NCBI GenBank assembly: GCA_028289245.1
Contig: JAQGGT010000006.1
Location: 144,948-208,947 of the forward strand
Length of the DNA stretch: 64,000 nucleotides
Reading direction: 5' to 3'
Source: Candidatus Saccharimonadota bacterium
GTDB lineage: Bacteria; Patescibacteriota; Saccharimonadia; Saccharimonadales; UBA4665
Positions 9,223 to 19,062 of the stretch are shown here, in pieces. The notes beneath the pieces were generated by a model. That model saw nothing but the letters and a program-made list of their open reading frames with translations, was not told the origin of the DNA and made no database searches. A program made the position numbers and the translations under genes. The stretch's first letter is position 1. Each line of letters opens with the position of its first letter.

Positions 9223-9577
9223 GGTGGGCTCCTTTTTCGAGGGCGTTAATTGAGGCATGTAGTTTGCGATAATTGCTGCGTAGTTCGATGAGCAGGGCTT
9301 GGCCATCGTCGGTGAGCCAGTAGTATTTGCGCGGCGGGCCTTGCTCACTTTCTTGCCATTCATAAACCAGCACGTTGTCCTTAGCCAGTCGGTTCAGTAG
9401 TGGATAGAGCGTACCTTCGACGACGATTAGCTGGGCCTGGCGCAGGGAGCGAATGATCTCCGAAGTGTAAACTTTGCCATCTTTGAGCAGTAGTAACACG
9501 CAGTACACCAGCATGCCCTTACGCATTTGGGTTTCCGACTGAGTAATCAAGCTGTTGTCGTCACTAGTTTCATTCAT
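9215..9577 (-). CDS. PadR-family transcriptional regulator
   Basis: QMRKG, EGTLYPLLNRL, GPPRKYY. Confidence 0.93.
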   Translation of the reverse strand: MNETSDDNSLITQSETQMRKGMLVYCVLLLLKDGKVYTSEIIRSLRQAQLIVVEGTLYPLLNRLAKDNVLVYEWQESEQGPPRKYYWLTDDGQALLIELRSNYRKLHASINALEKGAHHE

Positions 9578-9712
9578 ATACTACCATGCTATACAAGGTA
9601 CTATTAATTGTCAACTAGGTAGTCTCGGTTGCGGGTCGTAGCTAAATTTTATACATACGGCCTACATCGATTCTGTCATCGTAAGCCTACAAAATAATTG
9701 AAGGAGTCAGCC

Positions 9713-9859
9713 ATGTTATTAACAATTGCAGTAATTCTATTAGTATTATGGATCTTAGGTTTAGTCATACACGTTGGGGGCGCGCTAATTCACCTGGTGC
9801 TAGTAGTAGCGGTTATTATGGCTATTGTCCACTTCATCCAGAGGCACGCCAAGCGCTAA
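9713..9859 (+). CDS. lmo0937-family small membrane protein (48 aa)
   Basis: MLLTIAVILLVLWILGLVIHVGGALIHLVLVVAVIMAIVHFIQRHAKR; AAGGAG RBS; not in ORF track. Confidence 0.85.
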   Translation: MLLTIAVILLVLWILGLVIHVGGALIHLVLVVAVIMAIVHFIQRHAKR

Positions 9860-10083
9860 TCTAGGCGCTGCATCTAGTGATTGAAAAGCAGATTAAGAAC
9901 TAGCGTCAAGAAAAGGCTCAAGACTATACTTGTAAGCCAAAAGACCTTGATATAGACTCTGCCGTGCTGGTCAAATCGTCGGGGTGTAAACTTCATGGCC
10001 GCTACTATACATAACGACCGGGTAGGGGGCTGTAAGAAAAATCATCCTGGCAATAGAGACCGCCACGTAATGAAACATAAGGG

Positions 10084-10292
10084 TTTACAAATATGCGTTA
10101 AGTGGTATAATGCTAAAGTTATGAACCAATATAACCGAATTCAACTCCAGTCAGTCGGCACCACTTCATATAGTGGCGTTGCTGTATTTGGCAAACTCCC
10201 TATGGGGTTGTTGCGTTCGGGCGTATCGGATCTACTTAGTTAAATAAACAAGTTCATAGTTCACGATACGCCTCCGAAATGGAGGCGTTTTT
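10084..10292 (+). promoter_or_regulatory. promoter, leader peptide (10121-10243) and terminator/antiterminator (attenuator)
   Basis: TTTACA..TATAAT; 40-codon uORF; terminator ACGCCTCC-GAAAT-GGAGGCGT-TTTT; GGCGTATCG (10220-28) complementary to 10264-72. Confidence 0.65.
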
Positions 10293-10386
10293 AGTATAGA
10301 AACTCACCGTTCGGAGGCGGATCGGGTCTTAGGAAATCCTAAGTACCCCCGTTGTCATCTCTTTAACAATTCAGAAAGGATCCATC

Positions 10387-11559
10387 ATGGACCGATACAA
10401 GGAGAATGCCAAATGGCTGATGTATTTCGCGCCGTTTCGCAATCTCTCTATTAGTGCGGCTTTCCTCACGCCTTTCTTTCTCGAGAGGGGATTGAGCTTG
10501 TCGCAGGTGTTCTTGCTGCAATCGATATTTTCCATAGCCTCCGTGCTGTGGGAATTGCCGAGCGGTATGATCGCCGACCGATATGGGAGGGCCTTTAGCA
10601 TTAAATTGAGCGCACCGATTGCCGTTGTTGTCTTCACCGCCTATGGTTTCAGCAATCAGTTTTGGCAGTTTGCCATCTGGGAGCTGATGTTAGCCATCGC
10701 CAACGGACTCATCAGCGGCATTGACACGGCGCTACTGCTCGATTCGCTCAAGGCCGATGGCCGCGAGCACGAGTACGTTACGCTGAGTCAGCGCATCAAC
10801 GCTTGGGGCTTCGCTTCGACGGCTGCCGGTGTACCGGTAGCAATTGCGCTAGTGCACTTTGTAAGCCTCCGCTCTACACTCGTGGCTGATGGCTTACTGA
10901 CGTTAGTCGGTAACTATTTTGCCTTCAAGCTGGTGGAAGCGCCGCGCTTCAATGGTAGCCAAGAAGCAGTTCGCCTGTCGGCCTGGCACGCCATGCGGCG
11001 GCTTGGTCGTAATGCCGAAGCGCGTTGGCTGGTCGTGTTGGGTTCAGCTCTGGCTACCTCGACCTACCTGGCGTTCTGGTTAGCCGCACCATACTACACT
11101 CGCATGGGTGTCCCGGTGGTGCTGTTTAGTGTCATCCTGGCTATTCGAAGTTTGTGGAAAGCTTGGCTTTCTCGCCGCTTCATTCAGGAACGACACATCG
11201 AACGCAATATGCTGGTCTACGCCTCACTGGCTGGTCTAGTCTATCTTGCGATGGCTACCGGTCAACTGTGGCTGATCTGGCTAGTGCTCGGACACGATGT
11301 TGTGCAGGCACTGCATGCCCAGCCGCTTACCTCACAGCTGAACCTTCATATTGACCACGAATTTCGGGCCACCATGAACAGCTTGGTAAACCTCATAGAG
11401 CGGCTCGTCTATTCATTGGCCGGACCACTCGTTGGTTGGCTGGTTGATCGGCGCGGTCTAGCGACTGGGTTTGTGGTTACGGGTTTGGTTTGTAGCATCA
11501 CCGCTTTCGTGGCAATCGCCCGATTGCATCGACTCAAAACATTTGAAATAAGGAGATGA
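10387..11559 (+). CDS. MFS transporter
   Basis: WELPSGMIADRYGR motif A; about 12 TMs; GAAAGGA RBS. Confidence 0.92.
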   Translation: MDRYKENAKWLMYFAPFRNLSISAAFLTPFFLERGLSLSQVFLLQSIFSIASVLWELPSGMIADRYGRAFSIKLSAPIAVVVFTAYGFSNQFWQFAIWELMLAIANGLISGIDTALLLDSLKADGREHEYVTLSQRINAWGFASTAAGVPVAIALVHFVSLRSTLVADGLLTLVGNYFAFKLVEAPRFNGSQEAVRLSAWHAMRRLGRNAEARWLVVLGSALATSTYLAFWLAAPYYTRMGVPVVLFSVILAIRSLWKAWLSRRFIQERHIERNMLVYASLAGLVYLAMATGQLWLIWLVLGHDVVQALHAQPLTSQLNLHIDHEFRATMNSLVNLIERLVYSLAGPLVGWLVDRRGLATGFVVTGLVCSITAFVAIARLHRLKTFEIRR

Positions 11560-11564
11560 CAACC

Positions 11565-11593
11565 GCCCGAGGGGTATATTTTACCCCTCGGGC
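11565..11593 (+). terminator. stable hairpin after the MFS gene
   Basis: GCCCGAGGGGTA-TATTT-TACCCCTCGGGC. Confidence 0.6.
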
Positions 11594-11732
11594 ACTTCAT
11601 GTTTTGTTCATTACACGTAAATTGGAGATAGCTATGACACTTAAATCCTGATACCACGAGGGAGGCCTCCGGGCCTCCCGCCCTAGTTTTTCACGACTGA
11701 CCCCGCGGGTGTAGTAGACTTAAAGCATAACC

Positions 11733-12686
11733 ATGAATAGTACTGCTACTAGTGCCCAGAGCCAAAAACACGATAACGTAGAGTGGGTAGACCTCGAGAA
11801 CCCCGACGCCGAGCTATTGAAACAGCTCGAACAGGAGTATCATCTCCACCCGGTGCACCTCCAGGAGAGTCTGCAAAAGGTGCAGCACATTCAGGTCGAG
11901 CACGAGGAGAACTACCTGTTCCTCGTACTGCATGCCCCGATTGCCGATGCGCTGACCGGTAAAATTACCATTACCCAGATCGGTATGTTTTTAGGCCGCG
12001 ATTTCTTGATCACTATTCGCAGCGGCGCTTGCCCCTCGGTGACCGATCTTTTCGGGCGCAGCCAACAACATCAGCCCACTGCCAAGCAGTGCTTTAAGCG
12101 CGGCAGCAGTTATTTATTATTTATGGTCATCGACGTGCTACTCGATGGCATTTCGGCCATGACCGACGAAGTTGTCGGCGAACTCGATGACCTTGAAGAC
12201 CTGGTGTTTGATAACAACAAATCCGACGCCGAGCGCATTGGCAAAGTGCGCCAAAAGATTGTCCGCTTGCGCCGGGTGATCGGGCCAAAACGCATCGTGT
12301 TGCAGGATTTGGCCGAACGCATCGATAGCTTTAGCGGCCAGGCGATGTCGAAACATTATTCTAACAACACCAAAACAGTCCACAAATTATGGGAAGAGAT
12401 CGAGGAAGCTAAAGAAACCGTCGAGATCTTTAAAGATGCCGATTTTACCACCAGCACCGAGCAAACCAACAAAATTTTAACCGTGTTGACGCTGGTGTTT
12501 ACCTTTACCATTCCCGTCACAGTTGTGGCCTCGCTCTATGGCACCAATGTGCTTTTACCCGGTGGCCTAGAGGCCGGCAACTGGGCCTTTTTGGGGCGCT
12601 ACACTACGTTTATTGTGCTGCTGGTCGTATCGGCAGTACTGGCCACTGCGATGTACATTTACTTCAAAAGCAAAAAGTGGTTTTAG
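11733..12686 (+). CDS. corA: CorA-family Mg/Co transporter
   Basis: WVDLENP; two C-terminal TMs; YGTN in place of the GMN signature. Confidence 0.85.
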   Translation: MNSTATSAQSQKHDNVEWVDLENPDAELLKQLEQEYHLHPVHLQESLQKVQHIQVEHEENYLFLVLHAPIADALTGKITITQIGMFLGRDFLITIRSGACPSVTDLFGRSQQHQPTAKQCFKRGSSYLLFMVIDVLLDGISAMTDEVVGELDDLEDLVFDNNKSDAERIGKVRQKIVRLRRVIGPKRIVLQDLAERIDSFSGQAMSKHYSNNTKTVHKLWEEIEEAKETVEIFKDADFTTSTEQTNKILTVLTLVFTFTIPVTVVASLYGTNVLLPGGLEAGNWAFLGRYTTFIVLLVVSAVLATAMYIYFKSKKWF

Positions 12687-12736
12687 GCAAAAAATGTTAC
12701 ATTGCCATGAGCCCGAGTTAGGTATAGTGAAGCAGC

Positions 12737-13621
12737 ATGGCAGCCTACACCGCGATTATCATTATTTACAACCCAAATAGTACCGGCTCGGGTAAGACGC
12801 TGGCCGAGGAACTCAAGCAGCAGCTTGACGAAATTTCGGTGCAAAATGTCAAAATCATTGCCACGGAATATGCTGGCCATGCCGAGAAGCTAGCGTATAC
12901 CTTAGCCAAAGCCTCTTCACGACCGCTTGTTATCTCGGCCAGCGGCGACGGCGGCTACAACGAAGTCGTCAACGGTATTCTCCGGGCAAAAAACCAAGGT
13001 GCAAAAGCGGTGGCCGGCCTGTTACCTGCGGGCAACGCCAACGATCACTATCATCACCTGCACGACGGTGATCTAATTACGGCAATTCTAAATGGCAAGA
13101 CGAAAAAGATCGACCTGCTGCACTTATCGGCCACGGTTGACGGTAAGCCGTATGAGCGCTACGCCCATTCGTACATCGGTATGGGGCTGACGCCAAAAGT
13201 CGGCCAAGAGCTTAACAAAACGCAGTTAAATCGTCTAAAAGAGATGTATATAGTGGCCAAATCATTGGTGGCATTGCAACCGGTTCGGCTCAAAGTGAAC
13301 GGCAAGAAGCGCACTTACGACAGCTTGATTTTTAGCAATATCAACAAGATGTCAAAAGTCCTAACCATAGCCAAGGACGCCAAACATAACGACGGGCAGT
13401 TTGAGATCACCACCTTTTATCGTCGCAATAAACTAAAGCTTTTGCTGGCTCTACTCCATGCTTCAACGTTTGGCTACAAGGGTGACACGAAGGCTACCAG
13501 CTTTGCGTTCGAAAGCCTCAAACCGATACTAGTGCAGCTCGACGGCGAGATCGCCACGCTCGATGCCCTGACGGAGGCCCAGGTTAGCGTCCAGCCAAAA
13601 GCGCTCGAATGTGTCGTGTAG
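12737..13621 (+). CDS. diacylglycerol kinase-family lipid kinase
   Basis: NPNS, SGDGGYNEVVNG, LPAGNAND, QLDGE. Confidence 0.92.
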   Translation: MAAYTAIIIIYNPNSTGSGKTLAEELKQQLDEISVQNVKIIATEYAGHAEKLAYTLAKASSRPLVISASGDGGYNEVVNGILRAKNQGAKAVAGLLPAGNANDHYHHLHDGDLITAILNGKTKKIDLLHLSATVDGKPYERYAHSYIGMGLTPKVGQELNKTQLNRLKEMYIVAKSLVALQPVRLKVNGKKRTYDSLIFSNINKMSKVLTIAKDAKHNDGQFEITTFYRRNKLKLLLALLHASTFGYKGDTKATSFAFESLKPILVQLDGEIATLDALTEAQVSVQPKALECVV

Positions 13622-13670
13622 CGTCGTGCTCATGCTTGCATAGTGTACGTTTTACACTAAAATAGCTAGT

Positions 13671-14492
13671 ATGAGTACTCCCAATAACGTAGTTTTCGTC
13701 CGTCACGGCCAGTCCGAGGCCAATGTATTGCAAGAGGCTGAGAAAGAAGTCCGCACCCATGAGCTGGCCGCTGAGCTCCGCGAAAGGCCAGACTGGCAGC
13801 ACCGCCTGACCGAAAGGGGCATAGAACAGGCTAAAGCCACCGGCGCCTGGCTGATCGAAAATGTTGGTCCGCTCGAGCAGGCCTTCGACGCCCGGTATGT
13901 CTCGGCATTTTTACGAGCCCGTGAAACCGCCGCTTACTTAGGAGGCACAGCGCTCACCTGGCGCCCGCACTCGTTACTGCACGAACGCGATTGGGGTGAG
14001 TTTGGCGAGGTGCCGCGCTCTGATCGGGCCGAGCTCTATCCGCGAACGACCCGAATGCGTAAAACGGCGCCGCTCTACGCCCGCTATGATGGCGGCGAAG
14101 CTTTGGCCGACAATGTCACGCTACGAGTACGCGACTACCGCCGCACACTCAAGCAAAAATGGCATGGCAAAAATGTCCTGACGGTAGCGCATGGTGATAT
14201 TCTTTCCACCGTTCGTTACGTCAACGAAGAGCTCTTGCCCGAACAATGGGAAGTCATCGAAAAAGATGAGTCCCAGCGCATCAATAATGGCGATATTCTG
14301 TGGTACAGCAACACTAATCCGGCCGACGCCCGTGAGCAGCTGCCGTACCTACACTGGATGCGCATGATTCACCCAACCGACGTTGCGGCCTCACCCTTCG
14401 GCGGCGAATGGCGCGAAATGAATGATAACCGACTGTTCTCTGGTACTGAGCTGCTCAAGTCGGTTGAGCTGGCTCCGCGTCTACTGTCCTAA
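13671..14492 (+). CDS. histidine phosphatase (PGM family)
   Basis: RHGQSEAN, LHERDWG, VAHG. Confidence 0.9.
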   Translation: MSTPNNVVFVRHGQSEANVLQEAEKEVRTHELAAELRERPDWQHRLTERGIEQAKATGAWLIENVGPLEQAFDARYVSAFLRARETAAYLGGTALTWRPHSLLHERDWGEFGEVPRSDRAELYPRTTRMRKTAPLYARYDGGEALADNVTLRVRDYRRTLKQKWHGKNVLTVAHGDILSTVRYVNEELLPEQWEVIEKDESQRINNGDILWYSNTNPADAREQLPYLHWMRMIHPTDVAASPFGGEWREMNDNRLFSGTELLKSVELAPRLLS

Positions 14493-14520
14493 GGGCACGC
14501 CGCCAGGTATACTAGTAAAT

Positions 14521-15228
14521 ATGCAAGAATATCAGACGCCACACGCCGAGCAACATAAATCGCAGCGCGCCGGTTGGTTGCGGGCAGCAGTGCTCGGCGT
14601 TAATGATGGCATCGTTTCGACGGCCAGCTTGATGCTCGGTGTCCTGGCAGCCTCGCAGAGCAGTAAGGCCATCCTCACCGCCGGCGTGGCTGGCCTGGTA
14701 GCCGGGGCGTTGTCGATGGCCGCCGGCGAGTATGTGTCAGTGAGTTCGCAGCGCGATTCCGAGTTGGCCGACATCGCCATCGAGCGTAAATCGCTCGACG
14801 AAAACCCCAAAGAAGAGCTGGCCGAACTAGCCTGGATTTATGAACAGCGCGGCCTCGATGCCAAACTCGCCCAGCAGGTAGCCGAGCAGCTCCACGACCA
14901 CGATGCCGTGGCCGCCCACGCCCGCGACGAGCTAGGAATTGATCACGAAGCGTTAGCCAATCCTACCCAGGCGGCCACAGCCAGCGCCATAGCTTTTTCC
15001 ATTGGTGGTGCCGTGCCAATTATTGCCGCGCTTATTGCTACTAAGAATGCCGGCGGTTGGGCGATTACGATCGCTTCGCTAGTCGCGCTAGCCGTGTCCG
15101 GCGCGGTTGGTGCCTACGTCGGTGGCGGCCACCGCGTTAAAGCTTCGGCCCGCGTGTTTGTGGGCGGTGGCGTGGCTATGGCCATTACGGCGCTCATTGG
15201 CCACGCTATCGGTAATGTAAACTTTTAA
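14521..15228 (+). CDS. VIT1/CCC1 Fe/Mn transporter
   Basis: WLRAAVLGVNDGIVS, SMAAGEYVSVSSQ. Confidence 0.95.
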   Translation: MQEYQTPHAEQHKSQRAGWLRAAVLGVNDGIVSTASLMLGVLAASQSSKAILTAGVAGLVAGALSMAAGEYVSVSSQRDSELADIAIERKSLDENPKEELAELAWIYEQRGLDAKLAQQVAEQLHDHDAVAAHARDELGIDHEALANPTQAATASAIAFSIGGAVPIIAALIATKNAGGWAITIASLVALAVSGAVGAYVGGGHRVKASARVFVGGGVAMAITALIGHAIGNVNF

Positions 15229-15276
15229 TTACCGCTCATGCTTGCATCTTAGTTGGTGTATGGAACAATAAGGGAT

Positions 15277-16074
15277 ATGCCTGACATTGAGTCCCAACCG
15301 CTCGACCTCCAAGCACCCCAGTACTGGGATGATTACGACATCCATGATGACGCGACCTTTCTTGAGGCTGAGCAATCAGACATCCCCTATCCACTGAGCC
15401 GATTGAATTACCGATTAACCAAAGCCTTCTTGGGCTTAGCACTCGGGGAGGTCGCCCGGGGTAACGGTACTGAGGTTAATTTTGGTGCCGGCACTGAGTA
15501 TGGTAGTACAGCGGCCGAGTATAGCCTAGTAGTCGTCGAATCCGAGTCACTGACTAAAATGAGTGCCCGCAAAAAGCAGGCCAAGCTCCCCATGCCTCAC
15601 GAAGCCCATCCCGCATTTGAACGTCCATATAGTCACTATTGGGCCAATAACCAACCACGTCTCGGCGCGCAGCCGTTAGGCAAGCTACGCATGCAGCTCG
15701 ACGATGGTCTGTCCTACGGCCGGGATTTACGGTGGGGAGTTGTAACTACCAGCCGTCATCAGCGCGTGATTCAGCCGTTTGCCTTTGATGGCCCCCTGTT
15801 ACTCCCCAACGGGATTGTGAAGACGGCGCGTGGCGGCCGCATCAACGCCTTACTCGATGGCAGTCTTTTGCCGTTGCCGATAGCCGTCGGTAAGGTAGCC
15901 GTGCAGCCCCGGATTGAGGCGAGGTCGTTCCGGATGGATGTTCTGGAGCGAGTTAGGGCTATTGAAGTCGCCTATGTATGGCCAAGCGGCGGTTCCAACG
16001 GCGGCAAGCGCGTGTTCGACCGTGCCCCGGCGCGAGCCCGGTTTGGTTTCAATTCTTTGCCGGCCCAGACCTAG
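15277..16074 (+). CDS. hypothetical protein
   Basis: Long ORF with acidic N-terminus; no motif recognised. Confidence 0.55.
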   Translation: MPDIESQPLDLQAPQYWDDYDIHDDATFLEAEQSDIPYPLSRLNYRLTKAFLGLALGEVARGNGTEVNFGAGTEYGSTAAEYSLVVVESESLTKMSARKKQAKLPMPHEAHPAFERPYSHYWANNQPRLGAQPLGKLRMQLDDGLSYGRDLRWGVVTTSRHQRVIQPFAFDGPLLLPNGIVKTARGGRINALLDGSLLPLPIAVGKVAVQPRIEARSFRMDVLERVRAIEVAYVWPSGGSNGGKRVFDRAPARARFGFNSLPAQT

Positions 16075-16163
16075 CCCCGGGTGGCGTGCACCTTATCCGC
16101 AGTCTGCTGCTCGTTCCCAACGGCGGTTAGCCTAGCGGCCGGGCAGGGCGTATACTCAGACTA

Positions 16164-16901
16164 ATGGACGCAGAGCAACTTAGCTACGCGGTGGTTCCTG
16201 ACACGCACGGAGAATACGAGCACGTGGCCCGCATGTTAGAAGTTGTCGAGCCGGTGGTCGATAAAATTGTATTTTTGGGAGATGTCGTTGACGGCCGCGA
16301 GCCACGCAAACTGATTGATCTAATTCGAGAGCTCGGTGATAAAGCCGTTACTATACTGGGCAACCACGAATGGGTACTGCGTAACGCCCTTCATGACTCC
16401 ACTGGCCCCCTAACCACTGCTTGGCGCGACCACGTCTGGCTGCCGGGTTACGAGTCGGGTATGTTCCGGGCGTACGGCGTCGAACGTCAAGGTTCCAGCC
16501 ACGAGGATGCCAGCCGACTGCGCGAACGCCTGGCGGAGCTTGGCCACTTTAATTGGCTGCAGAGCTTGCCGCCCTATTATGAGACGCCGAAGTTTGTGGC
16601 GCTACACGCTGGCCCACTGATGACCCGGGCCTGGAGCAAACAGGCTATGCAGCTGCGCTATGAATCGGCGCCGGCAGTGCGGGTAAAAAAAGAACCGCTG
16701 CAGCTGTTTAGCCGTTCAGCCGGCTTAACCAAGGGCGTGCCAAACGCAGTCGACGAGCGGATGTTTATAACTGGCCATGCGCACGTTGGTATGGCTGCTC
16801 GGCGCCGGGCTCAGAACCGCGTCTGTTTGGCGACCCATATCACCGAGGGAGCACCGCTGCTCGTCTGGCACAGCGCCCAGGACATGATCGCCGAGTACTA
16901 G
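16164..16901 (+). CDS. calcineurin-like metallophosphoesterase (PrpA/ApaH-like)
   Basis: DTHG, GDVVD, GNHE, HAG, GHAH. Confidence 0.88.
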   Translation: MDAEQLSYAVVPDTHGEYEHVARMLEVVEPVVDKIVFLGDVVDGREPRKLIDLIRELGDKAVTILGNHEWVLRNALHDSTGPLTTAWRDHVWLPGYESGMFRAYGVERQGSSHEDASRLRERLAELGHFNWLQSLPPYYETPKFVALHAGPLMTRAWSKQAMQLRYESAPAVRVKKEPLQLFSRSAGLTKGVPNAVDERMFITGHAHVGMAARRRAQNRVCLATHITEGAPLLVWHSAQDMIAEY

Positions 16902-18244
16902 GCGGCGGCTCGCCGAGCTTCTAAACCCCTTTTGCCGAACAGGACAAGCTGGACGACGCTATCGAAAATTCGCTCGTAGCGTTGCACCTGGGCTTCAGGC
17001 CCCGTGTGCTTACCGACGTTATCGCTGAGTTTGACGTTGTCGACGCCGTTAACTTGCGTCGCTTTCATCACGACGTTGAGCGGTTTGATGCCGAGATCAT
17101 TGGTGAGGGTGGTGCCCCAGCCGAACAGGACGTTGATGCGGTCGCCAAAGTGGGCCTGCAATGTGACGATGTCGTTGATGTCCAAGCCGTCGCTAAAGAC
17201 AACCGTCTTGGTTTTAGCATCGATGCCGTTATCTTCATAGAATTTGATCAACCGTTCACCAAACTCGACCGGGTCACCAGAGTCGTGGCGAACGCCTTTC
17301 CAGTTTTGGGCCTGTTCGGGCGTAAAGTCACTGAAGAAGAAGGCCGATTTGAACGTGTCGGTTAAACCGGTCGACAGGTCAACGCCGTAGCGGTTGAACC
17401 AATCGTTTAAGAAGACTTGGTGTGAGTCACGAATGTCTTCGTCACTGCCGCCAGCAGCGTCGGCCAGGCCGGCGTAGACCATGGGCATTTCGTGGGCGAA
17501 GGTGCCGATTGGCTTGATGCCGTACTTTTTGGCCAACCCGACGTTGGAGGTGCCCACGAAGTTGTCCGGTACATCGCTCAGCAAGCGTTCAACGACGTAT
17601 TCCTGCCAGCGCAAGCTAAAGTGGCGGCGAGTGCCGAAGTCAGCAAACTTAATTTCAGGGTGCTCCCGCAGGATGTCGATTTTGGCGGCCAGACGCCGCT
17701 CACCTTCGTCGTAGACGTCGAGCACGTTCAGTCCGTGGCGGCGGACGTAGCCTTCGAAGTACAGTTCGTTGACCTCGCTCATTAGTACGGTTTCCCAAAA
17801 GGTTACCATCGGCCAGTCGCCGCTAGTTTGGGCGTACAAATCTTTGGTAGCCGGCTCGTAGCCGACGTTGCAGCGGGGCAACTCGTGGGTGCGCAAGTAA
17901 TCAAGGTAGTCGGGTGCAAATACTGCTTCGCCGGCACTGTTTTGCAAGCCGCCGAGGTAACCGAGCTCCGACTCTTGCCAGCCGCGGGCCTGGATGGCGT
18001 CGAGGCGGTCTTGTAGGTCCGAGAAGTTGATGCAATCCATCAAGCGCTGCTCGCCGCGGTTCTTAAAGGTGAAGCTAACTTGGGCGTCGGGCTGTTGCTC
18101 GTAAGCCAACTGGCTCATGGTGGGCTTGTAGTAGTCCAGACCGGTAGTGATCGTGCCGGCTTCTTCGAGCGGGCCGTAGACGATCTGGGCGATGTGTTCG
18201 GGGGTGTAGGTGGTTTCTGGTGTGGTCTCAAACGTGGCGTTCAT
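16898..18244 (-). CDS. pncB: nicotinate phosphoribosyltransferase
   Basis: DYYK, DFGTRR, GTSN, GTFAHE, RHDSGD, FSDGL, KLSD; AAGGAG RBS. Confidence 0.95.
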   Translation of the reverse strand: MNATFETTPETTYTPEHIAQIVYGPLEEAGTITTGLDYYKPTMSQLAYEQQPDAQVSFTFKNRGEQRLMDCINFSDLQDRLDAIQARGWQESELGYLGGLQNSAGEAVFAPDYLDYLRTHELPRCNVGYEPATKDLYAQTSGDWPMVTFWETVLMSEVNELYFEGYVRRHGLNVLDVYDEGERRLAAKIDILREHPEIKFADFGTRRHFSLRWQEYVVERLLSDVPDNFVGTSNVGLAKKYGIKPIGTFAHEMPMVYAGLADAAGGSDEDIRDSHQVFLNDWFNRYGVDLSTGLTDTFKSAFFFSDFTPEQAQNWKGVRHDSGDPVEFGERLIKFYEDNGIDAKTKTVVFSDGLDINDIVTLQAHFGDRINVLFGWGTTLTNDLGIKPLNVVMKATQVNGVDNVKLSDNVGKHTGPEAQVQRYERIFDSVVQLVLFGKRGLEARRAAA

Positions 18245-18254
18245 AGCAGGCTCC

Positions 18255-18917
18255 TTATGCCGCCTGGGCTTCAAGTTGGTTCACTAGGGCCTCGGTCGTG
18301 CTCAGTAGGACGCCGGCTTCTTCGAAGCGGGCCAGCATGCTAGCGTTGGAGTCCTCGGCGATACCGCGGGTGCCGTCGAGGGCGACGATGACTTCGAGGC
18401 CGAGTTTCTGACGCAGATCAAGGGCAGTTTCGCCGACGCAGTAGTCGAGGGCCAGGCCGCCGAGAATGACGGTTTTGATGTCCCGAGCGGTGAGCCAGTC
18501 GGGGAGGCTGTGGCCGGTCGTTGGATCTTCGGCATAGTAGCCGCTGTAGCTCAAGTCGTCTTCACCGCGCTCTAGCGGTTCGAAGCCTTTAATAAAGCGA
18601 ATGTGGCGGCCGGGAAGTACCAGCCCAGGGTGGAGCTCGGCGCCCGGTGTACCGTCGACGCAGTGCTTGGGCCAAGTGGTGGTAAAGTTTGGCTGGTCGC
18701 TAAAGTGGGCGGTAACGTGGGGGTGCCAATCCTGGGTAGTAAAGACGCCGGCACCGGCAGCAGCGTAGGCGCCAACCAGGCGGTTGAGGGCAGGAATGAC
18801 TTGCTCGCCCTCTGGTACGGGTAGTTCGCCGAAGCCGTGAGTTTCCAGGCGTTGGCCTTCTTCTGCGGGCATAAAGCCTCGTTGTACGTCGATGAGTCCG
18901 ATAGCTGTTTGATTCAT
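18255..18917 (-). CDS. pncA: nicotinamidase
   Basis: IDVQRGF, QDWH, WPKHC, GLALDYCV. Confidence 0.92.
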   Translation of the reverse strand: MNQTAIGLIDVQRGFMPAEEGQRLETHGFGELPVPEGEQVIPALNRLVGAYAAAGAGVFTTQDWHPHVTAHFSDQPNFTTTWPKHCVDGTPGAELHPGLVLPGRHIRFIKGFEPLERGEDDLSYSGYYAEDPTTGHSLPDWLTARDIKTVILGGLALDYCVGETALDLRQKLGLEVIVALDGTRGIAEDSNASMLARFEEAGVLLSTTEALVNQLEAQAA

Positions 18918-18945
18918 AGTAGTGTTCCCTATCCTTTCGTGTATG

Positions 18946-19014
18946 TAGTTGTTCAAGTTACACTAAGTAGCTTATCTCCATAATACTCGCTAGTTAGTGT
19001 ATTGTCAACACTAA
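18946..19014. promoter_or_regulatory. two NrtR operators between pncA and the ARH gene
   Basis: TAGTTGT-N7-ACACTAA (18946-66) and TTAGTGT-N7-ACACTAA (18994-19014); GT-N7-AC core. Confidence 0.8.
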
Positions 19015-19062
19015 TTATGTATGATACGATGATAACAGATATAATTACTGTAAGGAGGACGC

